This document shows positions 32,854 to 48,155 of a DNA stretch of 64,000 nt, one piece after another. The translations under genes and the position numbers were made by a program. The notes beneath the pieces were generated by a model that was not told the DNA's origin, made no database searches, and worked only from the letters and a program-made list of their open reading frames with translations. The number at the start of each line of letters is the position of its first letter. The first letter of the stretch is position 1. Source of the stretch: Anaeramoeba ignava BMAN (Eukaryota; Protista; Anaeramoebae); contig JAPDFW010000056.1 of the NCBI GenBank assembly GCA_028826165.1, forward strand, positions 1 through 64,000, written 5' to 3'.

Positions 32854-34647
32854 ATGGATTTTAAAATTGAAAAAAATTCAAATGAAGAAATCAAACGCAG
32901 AAAAATCGAAAATGAAAATGAAAATAAAAATAATCATTCAATAAAAACATTCAAAATGATTCTTAAACCAAAACAAAAATTATCTTTTTATGGGAAAATC
33001 CAAATTAAAATAATAAAAGGAAATTTAAAAATTCTTGGATTTAACATAAATACATCAAATAGCGGGAAAATAAGTATTTTCTCTCCAACAACTTTATCTG
33101 CATTAACCCTTGAAAACAACAACAGAAATCAATCAACGGAATTTAAAATTTATAGTGAAAAAAATATTCAAATCAAAAATAAAGCATTTAAAGAAATGTT
33201 TGATATTCACGAGTATTTGGGGATCAACATCAACACCAACATCAACAAAAACGAAAGCAAAACAAAATGGAATGAAACAAGAAATCAAGTTGTTGAATGT
33301 TTTGCTGATCCAAGACCAGAAATAGGGTCTAAAAATGGGGTTTTATTTTTATCAGAAATGAAGGAGTTTGGTGTTTTATTGAGAGGAGACTCAAGATTAT
33401 ATAATCAAATTACAAGCAAATTGGTTATTCCCGATTCATGGAGAAGCATATGCAAAGATATTAAGAAGAAATCTGTGGGGATAATCCAGAAAAAGGGGGT
33501 TTCTCCTGTTATTCTTGTTTGTGGAGCTCAAAATTGTGGGAAATCCACTTTTTCAAAATTTCTTTTAAATTCAATGTTGAATATTTTTTCGTGTGTATAT
33601 CATTTCGAGACTGATGTTGGCCAATGCGAATTCACACCTCCAGGCGTTATTTCTGTTTCCCGTGTTGTGGAACCTTTGTTTGGACCAGGATTTATGAGGA
33701 TGAATTGGCCCGAAATTACTCAATTTTATGGTGATGATAATCCTGCCAAAATGCCTTCTTTATATATAGATATGATACGCCATCTGCAAGAGATGCTCAC
33801 TAAAATGCAAGCCAAGGATCTTTCCTCAGATGGTACACAATGGCCTGTGATAATCAACACACATGGATGGATACACAGTGTTGGAGAGCAATTATTGCAT
33901 TCAATAATTAAAATTACTAAACCTCATTTTATTGTTCATTTGAAATCAGAAAACTACCTTCTAAACAATGACGAATTGCTTGGTGTTCCTAATATACTTT
34001 CCTATCAGGAGTTTCAGAAAGTTTTCATCTGCGAGTCTTTTAACAAAAAATTGAACAAGGAAGATCTGCAGGAAGAAAATATTGGAAGAATACGAAAAGA
34101 AAAACATCAAGCTTCAATCAAATTCAAAATGTTTAAATGGGATCACTATTTTACGCAGAGATCCGAAGTAAATATTTGTTTGCAAGCACCTTTTCAAGTT
34201 GGTTGGGGAGGTATTCGTTTGCGAGTTCTTTCAAACGAAGTACCTTTTTGTGAATTTTTGAATGTTTTGAATGGATCATTAATTGGATTAGTTTGTGATA
34301 AACAAGAGTATGATTGTGAAGATGAGAAATTTAACAAGGAACTACCTCAAATTTTACAAGAAACACCTATTCGCAGTGCAGAGTGTGTTGGGTTTGGAGT
34401 TGTTCGTTCTATTGATATGAGCAAGAAGTTATTTTATATTATTACACCAATTTTGATTGAAAAATTGAAACAAGTGAATACTTTAGTTTTAGGATTTGTA
34501 AGACTTCCTATTGAGGTTCTTGTTGATTGGGGTTTAGATTTTGATACACCATATTTTTCTGCTTATAATGGAAGTAAAATATTAGAAGGAAATCATGAAA
34601 TGAAAAGAAGAGTTGGGAAAATATTAGTGAAGAGCAAAGAAATTTAA
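32854..34647 (+). CDS. NOL9: Polynucleotide 5'-hydroxyl kinase NOL9/Grc3 (Clp1 family)
   Basis: P-loop GAQNCGKSTF, TDVGQCEF, INTHGWI and C-terminal GFGVVRSID...YIITP. The likely start is MDFKIE at 32854; the ORF-track start lies in the initiator-like tract. Confidence 0.88.
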   Translation: MDFKIEKNSNEEIKRRKIENENENKNNHSIKTFKMILKPKQKLSFYGKIQIKIIKGNLKILGFNINTSNSGKISIFSPTTLSALTLENNNRNQSTEFKIYSEKNIQIKNKAFKEMFDIHEYLGININTNINKNESKTKWNETRNQVVECFADPRPEIGSKNGVLFLSEMKEFGVLLRGDSRLYNQITSKLVIPDSWRSICKDIKKKSVGIIQKKGVSPVILVCGAQNCGKSTFSKFLLNSMLNIFSCVYHFETDVGQCEFTPPGVISVSRVVEPLFGPGFMRMNWPEITQFYGDDNPAKMPSLYIDMIRHLQEMLTKMQAKDLSSDGTQWPVIINTHGWIHSVGEQLLHSIIKITKPHFIVHLKSENYLLNNDELLGVPNILSYQEFQKVFICESFNKKLNKEDLQEENIGRIRKEKHQASIKFKMFKWDHYFTQRSEVNICLQAPFQVGWGGIRLRVLSNEVPFCEFLNVLNGSLIGLVCDKQEYDCEDEKFNKELPQILQETPIRSAECVGFGVVRSIDMSKKLFYIITPILIEKLKQVNTLVLGFVRLPIEVLVDWGLDFDTPYFSAYNGSKILEGNHEMKRRVGKILVKSKEI

Positions 34648-34739
34648 AATATAAAATTTAATTTAAAATTTAAAATAGATTTTGATTTTATAAATTTATT
34701 TAGAAATGCTCCAAAAAAAAAAGATAAAAAGAAATCTTA

Positions 34740-36160
34740 TTATTTTTGTTTTGATTATTATTGTTTTGATTATTTTTGTTTTGATTATTTTTGTTTGATT
34801 ATTTTTGTTTTAATTATTTTTATTTTGATTATTTTTGTTTTGATTATTTTTGTTTTGATTATTTTTGTTTTAATTTTTATTTTGATTATTTTTATTTTGA
34901 TTATTTTTGTTTTGATTATTTTTATTTTGATTATTTTTATTTTGATTATTATTTTTGTTTTGATTATTTTTGTTTTGATTATTTTTGTTATTTTGATTAT
35001 TATTGTTTTAATTATTATTTTTGTTTTGATTATTTTTGTTTTGATTATTTTTGTTATTTTGATTATTATTTTTGTTTTGATTATTTTTATTTTGATTATT
35101 TTTGTTATTTTGATTATTTTTGTTTTTATTATTTTTGTTTTGATTATTGTTTTTATTATTGTTTGTATTTTTGTTTTGATTATTTTTGTTTTGATTATTT
35201 TTGTTTTAATTATTATTTTTGTTTTTATTGTTGTTTTGATTATATTTGTTTTGATTATTTTTGTTTTGATTATTTTTGTTATTTTGATTATTATTGTTTT
35301 GATTATTATTTTTATTTTGATTATTTTTGTTTTAATTTTTGTTATTTTGATTATATTTGTTTTGATTATTATTTTTATTTTGATTATTATTGTTTTGATT
35401 ATTTTTGTTTTGATTATTTTTGTTATTTTAATTATTATTTTAATTATTTTTGTTTTGATTATTTTTGTTTTGATTATTTTTGTTATTTTAATTATTATTT
35501 TAATTATTTTTGTTTTGATTATTTTTGTTTTGTTTATTTTTGTTTTGATTATTTTTGTTTTGATTATTATTATTTTGATTATTTTTATTTTGATTATTTT
35601 GATTATTTTTGTTTTGATTTTTATTTTGATTATTTTTGTTTTGATTATTTTTATTTTGTTTATTTTTATTTTGATTATTTTTGTTTTAATTATTTTTATT
35701 TTGATTATATTTGTTTTGATTATTATTTTTATTTTGATTATTATTGTTTTAATTATTATTTTTGTTTTGATTATTTTTGTTATTATTATTTTTGTTTTAA
35801 TTATTATTTTTGTTTTGATTATTTTTGTTATTATTATTTTTGTTTTGATTATTTTTGTTTTGATTATTTTTGTTTTGATTATTGTTGTTTTGATTATTTT
35901 TATTTTGATTATTTTTATTTTGATTATTTTTGTTTTAATTTTTGTTTTGATTATTTTTATTTTGATTATTTTTATTTTGATTATTTTTGTTTTGATTATT
36001 TTTATTTTGATTATTTTTATTTTGATTATTTTTGTTTTGATTATTTTTATTTTGATTATTTTGATTATTTTTATTTTGATTATTATTGTTTTGATTATTT
36101 TTATTTTGATTATTTTTGTTATTTTGATTTTTATTTTTGTTTTAATTTTTGTTTTGATTT
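34740..36160. repeat. Degenerate ~15-nt tandem repeat (TTTTGATTATTTTTG)n between convergent NOL9 and TBC genes
   Basis: Produces spurious 460-514 aa low-complexity ORFs. Confidence 0.9.
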
Positions 36161-39100
36161 TAAACATGATAAAGTTTTGATATCCCAACAATTTTATTAC
36201 TATTTCTTTCAGGTTGAGAAGTTGATCTCTTCAAAACCTTTTCGTTATTTGATTTATCATGAGATTTTTGAGGAAGATTATCAATTCTATTCTTATCAGA
36301 ATCGATATTTGGAGAAGAAACATTTTCAAGAGTAATAAGTTTATTTTTAGCTTTTTCAAAAACAAGAGGAATTTTTTGAGTATAATTTTGAACCAACAAC
36401 TCAGCATTATTAAGAAGAGAAACAAGATCAAGTCTTCCAGAAAGATTATTGAGAAAATCAAGAATGGAATCAAAATCCTGGTACTTTGCAATGAAGTAGT
36501 CATGGTTGACTTGAAGAATTGCAACGGCAATAAAAAGGTGAAATTTATCAGAAAGAAAATCAGTCCAAACAACTTCCCAAAGAAGTGGAATTTCATTAAA
36601 CGCGAATTCTCGCTTGAAACAAACAAGCAGCCATCTGAAGCAGAATATAAACTCAGAGGATCTTCTGTCAGAAACAAAGATGTTGTAGATCTCGGGATCC
36701 AGCAGTTTCAGGAGAGAACGTAAGATGAGCATGTCTTCGCGCAAACCTGGCTGATTTTTGAGGAAGTAAGTCTCAACACGCTTCATCAACCCGACAAAGC
36801 ACCAAAACGAGTCCTCTTCATTTTGCATCACGCTAATAATTGGCGTGAGAAGATCTGCCATGCCTTGCACAAAGCCTAGGTCGAAATTGTAAAAACTGTA
36901 GGTCAACAAAATATCTCTCATCATCATCATACTTGGTGAGTTGTCTTCAGAAAATATCCCTATAACTCGATCCGTTCGATATACGTCCTTTTCGATCTGT
37001 GTTTTTCGCTGACGATATTTCCGGAAGTTCTTTTCTTGCTCAGGAATTATGTTTTCCCATTGCGTTTTTACTTGTTGATAAAGCCGCCTAATTTTTGTGT
37101 TTTTCAAAAAAAACCCAATTTTAATTTCGTAAATGATGTAGGTTTTCATTAACCCCTGCGAATATATATCGCACGGGTTTTTTCTGTTGTTTGTGTTTCC
37201 GTGTTACTTCTTTGTTTTTTGTATTTCTTCTCGTTCTTCTTCAGTTGATTCCATCGGGAAATAACCCAATAAGAATTTCCAGATTAACTGACGCATTTTT
37301 GGATCGATTCCCTGCGTAAATAAAAAAAGAACAAGTTTCCTGCTCGTTAGTTTTTTGTTTCTTCTGTGTTTTTTTTCTTTTCGTTTTTTACATTATAAAA
37401 GATAATTTTTTGCAATTGTGTTGGATTTTTTACTCGTCCGTTTTCATCAAGAAAACCCTTCCAGATCTCCTCATTCACTGCCATATTTCCCCGCGTTCCG
37501 ATTGTCTTAATGTTTCTAATTTCGAGGTTTAAATTTTCTAGTCGCGATTCATCTTGTGAAATGATCTGTTTTTGGAATTCTTCTTCTTCATTTGTTGCTT
37601 TAAATTGTTGTTGTAAAACTTCAACTAAATATCAAAATATCAAATCAAAATCATATAAAAATATTAAAATATCAAAATATAAAAATATCAAAATATAAAA
37701 ATATAAAAATAAAAAAATATAAATATCAAAAATATCAAAATATAAATATCAAAAATATATAAATATAAAAATATAAAAATATAAAAATATCAAAATATAA
37801 AAATAAAAAAATGAAAAAAATAAAATGTATAAATAAAAAATATCAAAAATATCAAAATATCAAAAATATAAAAATATAAAAAATCATAAAATATATCAAA
37901 AATATTAAAAATATCAAAATATCAAAATATAAAAATATATAAATATCAAAAAATATCAAAATATCAAAATATATAAATATCAAAATATCAAAAAATAAAA
38001 ATATCAAAATATCAAAAATATCAAAATATAAAAATAAAAAAATAAAATATCAAAATATATAAATATATAAATATCAAAAATATATAAAAATATCAAAATA
38101 TAAATATCAAAATATAAAAATATCAAAATATATAAATATCAAAATATAAAAATATCAAAAATATAAATATAAAAATATAAAAATATCAAAAATATCAAAA
38201 ATCAAAATATCAAAATATCAAAAATCAAAATATATAAATATAAAAATATCAAAATATAAAAAAAATATAAAATATATAAATATATAAATATATAAATATA
38301 TAAATATCAAAATATAAAAATATATAAATATCAAAATATCAAAATATCAAAATATATCAAAATATCAAAATATCAAAATATCAAAATATATAAATATCAA
38401 AATATATAAATATATAAAAATGTATAAAAATGTATAAAAATGTATAAATATTTTGTTCCACTTTTTGTTCTAATTTCCTTACCTTGTTTTTTTGAATATT
38501 TTTTAACAGAACTCCAAATATTTTGTAATGTTGATTTCTTTAATTTAAGAAATTTAATTGAAAATTTAAATTTAAATTTAAATTAAAATTAAAATTAAAA
38601 TTTTTTTCTTTTTTGAAATTTTACAGTTTTTAATGGTTTTTCAGTTGAAATTTTAGAATATATTTTGGGAGAATTTGGATCATTTGAATCTTTATGAGAT
38701 CTAAATTAATAAATTAATAAATTAATAAATTAATAAATTAATAAAAAATTTCTTATTAATAAATTAATTTTTTCAATTTTAATTTTTCACTTTTCAAGTT
38801 GTGGATTATCTTTCAAAATGGCTTCTAAAAGTGTGTTTGGTTCGCCTAAAAGAAAAAACAAGTGGAACTCTTCTTTGTTTTCTGTGCAAAAATTGATTGA
38901 ATAACCTTCACTTCTATTTTCGAAAATTTTTATCATTTCAAATCTAGAAACTTGCAAAGAAAAGGAACGATCAGCAATATAAGGATCTGATCTAGGGAGA
39001 TAATCAGGAATATGGTTTAATTCTTTATTGTGGGAATTTATGTCTTTATTTGCTATATTTTCGTGAGAATTTCCGTTATTTTTTGATTTTTTTTCAGGAA

Positions 39101-39442
39101 TTGATTCTGGAATATTTAAAATATTGCTTTTTTGGAGTCCATTTGGATTGTCAACAACACACCAATCTGACTCCAATTTTTGGTTTGTTTTGTTATTTTC
39201 GTTTGTTTCTTCTTGTTGTGTTCTTCCGATCAATTGTACCCATGAGAGAACTGTTTGATCTCTCGAATCTGTTGATAAACGTAGAACACCAGGTAAGAAT
39301 TTTTTAGTAGATGTGTTGCTTGAAATTTCTAAAAACACATCTTTTTCTTCAAACCAATATTCCTAAAACAATTATTTATTCATTTTATTATTGATAAATT
39401 TTGAAAAAAATAATTTCATTTTTAATAATATACGTTTGTCAT
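36160..39442 (-). CDS. TBC1D15: TBC-domain Rab GAP, TBC1D15/17 (Gyp7) family, multi-exon
   Basis: GIDPKMRQLIWKFLLGYF, QIEKDVYRTDR (R finger), GFVQGMADL (Q finger) and FCFRWLLVCFKREF. The first coding exon is ATG ACA AAC|GT at 39442. Confidence 0.88.
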
Positions 39443-39612
39443 TCAATTTAAAAAAAAAGAAAAAAAAGAAAAAAAATGAAAACGGAAAAAATAATTTTTT
39501 TAATTTCTTTTTCCTTTCATTTTTTTTTTGATTGAAAAAAAATCAAATTAAAAAATCCAAATTAAAAATCAAATTAAAAATCAAATTAAAAAATTCAAAT
39601 TAAAAATCCAAA

Positions 39613-42600
39613 TTATTTTTCAAAAAGACATCCAGCAGCATAAGAAACAGACATATCCCTTTTGCTTTTAACTTTATTAGATTGAGCATAATGAACAAAT
39701 TTCATTTGTTGTTTTTCAGGATTTGCAGCCTAAATAAAATAAAAATAAAAATTAAAATAAATTAAAATAATTTTTTTTGATGTTAAATAATTTGAACTAG
39801 CAAAAAAAAAAAGGAAAAAACAAGAACTTTTTTTTCTTTTTTAAAAAACTTACATTCATTAAAATCAAAATTGGATTTCTTCCGCAAATAGTGTTTGAGT
39901 ATTTATCAAGATAATTACTAAATTTCTCAGCTTCAAGAGTTTCGATCATTTCCATTCCTAATTTATCCAAATTTTCAATTGATTTCCAAAGAGGATCTTC
40001 TTTATTTTTTGCGAGAACAGTTGTGTAACCGAAATTGTAACCCCAATGACAAAAATCAGAAGAGATCACAAACAGTGTATTTTCTTCATTAAGAAAAGGA
40101 GATAAAATTTTTCCGTATTCAAGTGCTGATTCTTTAGTGATTTCGCCCACAAGAATTGGCACAATTTTGGGTGATGTTCCTAATGCATGTACTATAAAAG
40201 GCATGTGAAGTTCAATGCTGTGTTCTTCTTCATCTATTGATTTGCTCATCTTCTCAAATTTTTTCGTTTCGTGTAATTTTTTGTTTGTTTCTGTGTCCAC
40301 TACTAAATTTCCTAATGGTGTGGAGTATTCTTGCATTGATGTAAGCATGCATCCTTTGAAGTATTCGTGATGGCTTGGTCCAAGAACAAAAACTCGATCT
40401 CTTTTTTTAATTTTGATTCAATTTAATTTTTAATTTTTAATTTTTAATTTTTAATTTAATTTGGATTTAATTTTAATTTAATTTGGATTTAATTTGGATT
40501 TAATTTGTATTTAATTTGGATTTAATTTGGATTTAATTTGAATTTAATTTGGATTTAATTTGGATTTAATTTGGATTTAATTTGGATTTAATTTGGATTT
40601 AATTTAATTTGGATTTAATTTGGATTTAATTTGGATTTGATTTAATTTTAATTTTAATTTAATTTTGAATTTAATTTAATTTAGTTTAATTTAGTTTGGA
40701 TTTAATTTGGATTTAATTTAGTTTAATTTGGATTTAATTTTTAATTTAATTTGGATTTAATTTAATTTGGATTTAATTTAATTTTTAATTTTAATTTAAT
40801 TTAATTTGATTTGGATTTAATTTTTAATTTTAATTTTTTGATTTAATTTGGATTTAATTTGGATTTAATTTGGATTTGATTTAATTTGGATTTGATTTAA
40901 TTTGGATTTAATTTAATTTAATTTGGTTTAATTTAGTTTAATTTGGATTTAATTTAATTTGGATTTAATTTGGATTTAATTTGGATTTGATTTAATTTGG
41001 ATTTAATTTGGATTTAATTTGGATTTAATTTGGATTTAATTTGGATTTAATTTGGATTTAATTTGGATTTTAATTTGGATTTAATTTGGATTTGATTTGG
41101 ATTTGATTTAATTTAATTTGGATTTAATTTGATTTAAGTTTAATTTAATTATTTAATTTGGATTTAATTTAATTTAAGTTTGATTTAATTTGGATTTAAT
41201 TTGGATTTAATTTAATTTGGATTTAATTTAATTTAGTTTAATTTAATTTAATTTTAATTTAATTTAATTTAATTTAATTTGGATTTAATTTGGATTTAAT
41301 TTGGATTTAATTTGAATTTAATTTTAATTTTAATTTAATTTGGATTTAATTTGGATTTAATTTGGATTTAATTTGGATTTAATTTGGATTTAATTTGGAT
41401 TTAATTTGGATTTAATTTGGATTTAATTTGGATTTAATTTGGATTTAATTTGGATTTAATTTGGATTTAATTTGATTTGGATTTAATTTTAATTTAATTT
41501 GAATTTAATTTTAATTTAATTTAATTTGGATTTAATTTGATTTAATTTGGATTTAATTTGGATTTAATTTGGATTTAATTTGGATTTAATTTGGATTTAA
41601 TTTGGATTTAATTTGGATTTAATTTGGATTTAATTTGGATTTAAATTTAATTTTAATTTGGATTTAATTTGGATTTAATTTTGATTTAATTTGGATTTAA
41701 TTTGATTTGGATTTAATTTTGGATTTAATTTGGATTTAATTTGGATTTAATTTAATTTGGATTTAATTTGGATTTAATTTAATTTTAATTTGGTTTATTT
41801 AATTTGATTTAATTTGTATTTAATTTGGATTTAATTTGGATTTAATTTGGATTTAATTTAAATTTAATTTGGATTTAATTTGGATTTAATTTGGATTTAA
41901 TTTGGATTTAATTTGGATTTAATTTGGATTTAATTTGGATTTAATTTGGATTTAATTTGGATTTAATTTGATTTAATTTAATTTGGATTTAATTTGGATT
42001 TAATTTTGATTTAATTTTAATTTTAATTTTGATTTAATTTTAATTTTAATTTTGATTTAATTTTAATTTTAATTTAATTTAATTTAATTTAATTTGGATT
42101 TGATTTGAATTTAATTTGGATTTAATTTGGATTGATTTAATTTGATTTTAATTTGGGTTTGATTTAATTTGGGTTTAATTTAATTTAATTTGGATTTAAT
42201 TTTGATTTAATTTTGATTTAATTTGGATTTAATTTGATTTAATTTGGATTTAATTTGGATTTAATTTGATTTGGATTTAATTTGGATTTAATTTGGGTTT
42301 AATTTGGATTTAATTTGGATTTAATTTGTATTTAATTTGTATTTAATTTGTATTTAATTTGGATTTAATTTGGATTTAATTTAATTTGGATTTAATTTTA
42401 ATAGTTGAATATTAAGTTTAATAGTTGAATATTCAAATCACATTTTTTGTTTATCAGGTTGAACATTTTTCCATGCATAAGCAGCTGTTGGAGCTGAATA
42501 AACATAACCAGCATGACTAAATTAAGAAAAAAGCAAAAAAAAAAAGGAAAAAAGCAAAAATTGTTTTTAATAAAAGGAAACAAAAGGAAATAAAAGGAAA

Positions 42601-42749
42601 TAAAAGGAAACAAACGGGCAAATTAATGCTTTAATTGGTTCTTTAATTACTTGTTCAGCTTTTGAAAAAAATTCAGTTAATTGTTGAGTTAAAGCTTTCT
42701 TTGTTCCAGGATACCAAGAACCTGCATGAGTTGCTGAACGAATTGACAT
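39613..42749 (-). CDS. MEMO1: MEMO1 family protein (4 exons)
   Basis: MSIRSATHAGSWY, PHAGYVYS, RVFVLGPSHH, EEHSIELHMPF, SSDFCHWG, NTICGRNPI and SVSYAAG. Confidence 0.95.
40401..42441 (-). repeat. Repeat-expanded MEMO1 intron, (TTTGGATTTAA)n on the plus strand
   Basis: GTGATT donor at 42441 and AAAAAAAG acceptor at 40401; 11-nt units. Confidence 0.85.
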
Positions 42750-42820
42750 TTTTAAAGAAAATAAAAAAATGAAAAAAATGAAAAAAAAAAAAAAAAAATT
42801 TTAATTAAAAAAAAAATATA

Positions 42821-42938
42821 AGAGTACCAAATGAATGGAACTCTCTTTAAAAATTCAAATTAATTTGGTTTTTAAAAAAGAGTTCTTCTCACTGCAACGC
42901 GTAGTAAAAGGCGACGTGTTGATCCGCTAAAAGAACTC
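42821..42938 (-). ncRNA. U5: U5 spliceosomal snRNA
   Basis: Invariant loop 1 CGCCUUUUACU (GCCUUUUAC at 42912-42904) closed by CAACACGU/ACGCGUUG. Basal stem GAGUUCUU/AAGAACUC, Sm-like AAUUUUUAAAG (42855-42845) and 3' stem-loop AGAGUUCCA..UGGUACUCU. Length ~118 nt. Confidence 0.9.
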
Positions 42939-43049
42939 AAAAATAAATTTAAAAAAAGTTTTTTATTTATATTTTAATTTTTTTATTTTAATTTTTTTAT
43001 TTTTACTTTTATAAATACATTTTTAATAAATAATTCCTAAATAAATTTG

Positions 43050-44120
43050 TTTCAATAATAAATTGGAATAAATTTATAATTAATAAATAATTTGGAATAA
43101 ATTTATAATTAATAAATAAATTAGAATAAATTTATAATTAATAAATAAATTGGAATAAATTTATAATTAATAAATAATTTGGAATAAATTTATATTTAAT
43201 AAATAATTTGGAATAAATCTATTATTAATAAATAAATTAGAATAAATTTATAATTAATAAATAAATTGGAATAAATTTATATTTAATAAATAAATTGGAA
43301 TAAATTTATAATTAATAAATAAATTGGAATAAATTTATATTTAATAAATAAATTGGAATAAATCTATAATTAATAAATAATTTAGAATAAATTTATATTT
43401 AATAAATAATTTGGAATAAATTTATAATTAATAAATAATTTGGAATAAATCTATATTTAATAAATAAATTGGAATAAATTTATAATTAATAAATAAATTA
43501 GAATAAATTTATAATTAATAAATAATTTGGAATAAATTTATAATTAATAAATAAATAATTTAGAATAAATTTATAATTAATAAATAAATTGGAATAAATC
43601 TATAATTAATAAATAAATTAGAATAAATCTATATTTAATAAATAAATTAGAATAAATTTATAATTAATAAATAAATTAGAATAAATTTATAATTAATAAA
43701 TAAATTGGAATAAATCTATATTTAATAAATAAATTGGAATAAATTTATAATTAATAAATAAATTGGAATAAATCTATATTTAATAAATAATTTGGAATAA
43801 ATTTATATTTAATAAATAAATTGGAATAAATTTATATTTAATAAATAAATTGGAATAAATTTATAATTAATAAATAAATTAGAATAAATTTATATTTAAT
43901 AAATAAATTGGAATAAATCTATTATTAATAAATAAATTGGAATAAATTTATAATTAATAAATAAATTAGAATAAATTTATATTTAATAAATAAATTGGAA
44001 TAAATTTATAATTAATAAATAATTTAGAATAAATCTATATTTAATAAATAAATTGGAATAAATCTATAATTAATAAATAATTTGGAATAAATTTATAATT
44101 AACAAATAATTTGGAATAAA
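43050..44120. repeat. 29-bp intergenic minisatellite (AATAAATAAATTGGAATAAATTTATAATT)n, ~36 copies
   Basis: 29-nt period, e.g. GG at 43065 and 43094. It lies upstream of U5. Confidence 0.9.
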
Positions 44121-44228
44121 TTTATTTTGTGTTTCATTTTGTTTTATTTTGTTTTATTTTTTCTTTTCCTTTCAATAAACCAAAAAAAAAATTTCAAAAA
44201 GAAAATTCCATAAAGATTAAACAATCTT

Positions 44229-48002
<3,774 letters not shown>

Positions 48003-48155
48003 AATAATAAAAATAATTAAAAAAAAAGGAAAAAAATGAAAAAAAAAATGAAAAAAAATAAATTAAAAAATAAATTGAGAACATTTAAAAAAAATTTTTT
48101 AATTAAAAAATCATTTTTTTCATTTTTTAAATTAAATTAAATTAAATTAAATTAA

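Noticed and set aside
34785-36335. Three long ORFs (461-514 aa) and TAA alternating with CAA in the TBC reading frame, hinting at TAA=Gln recoding
   Set aside because: They are products of a 15-nt repeat downstream of the TBC stop. Conserved genes such as RPL39, MEMO1 and NOL9 end properly at TAA and have no internal TAA.
40420-42400. TTTGGA/TTTGGG-containing array as interstitial telomere
   Set aside because: The 11-nt unit is confined to a MEMO1 intron and behaves like the other private intronic repeats.
43050-44120. 29-bp periodic array resembling CRISPR
   Set aside because: No unique spacers, no cas genes, eukaryotic context; it is a minisatellite.
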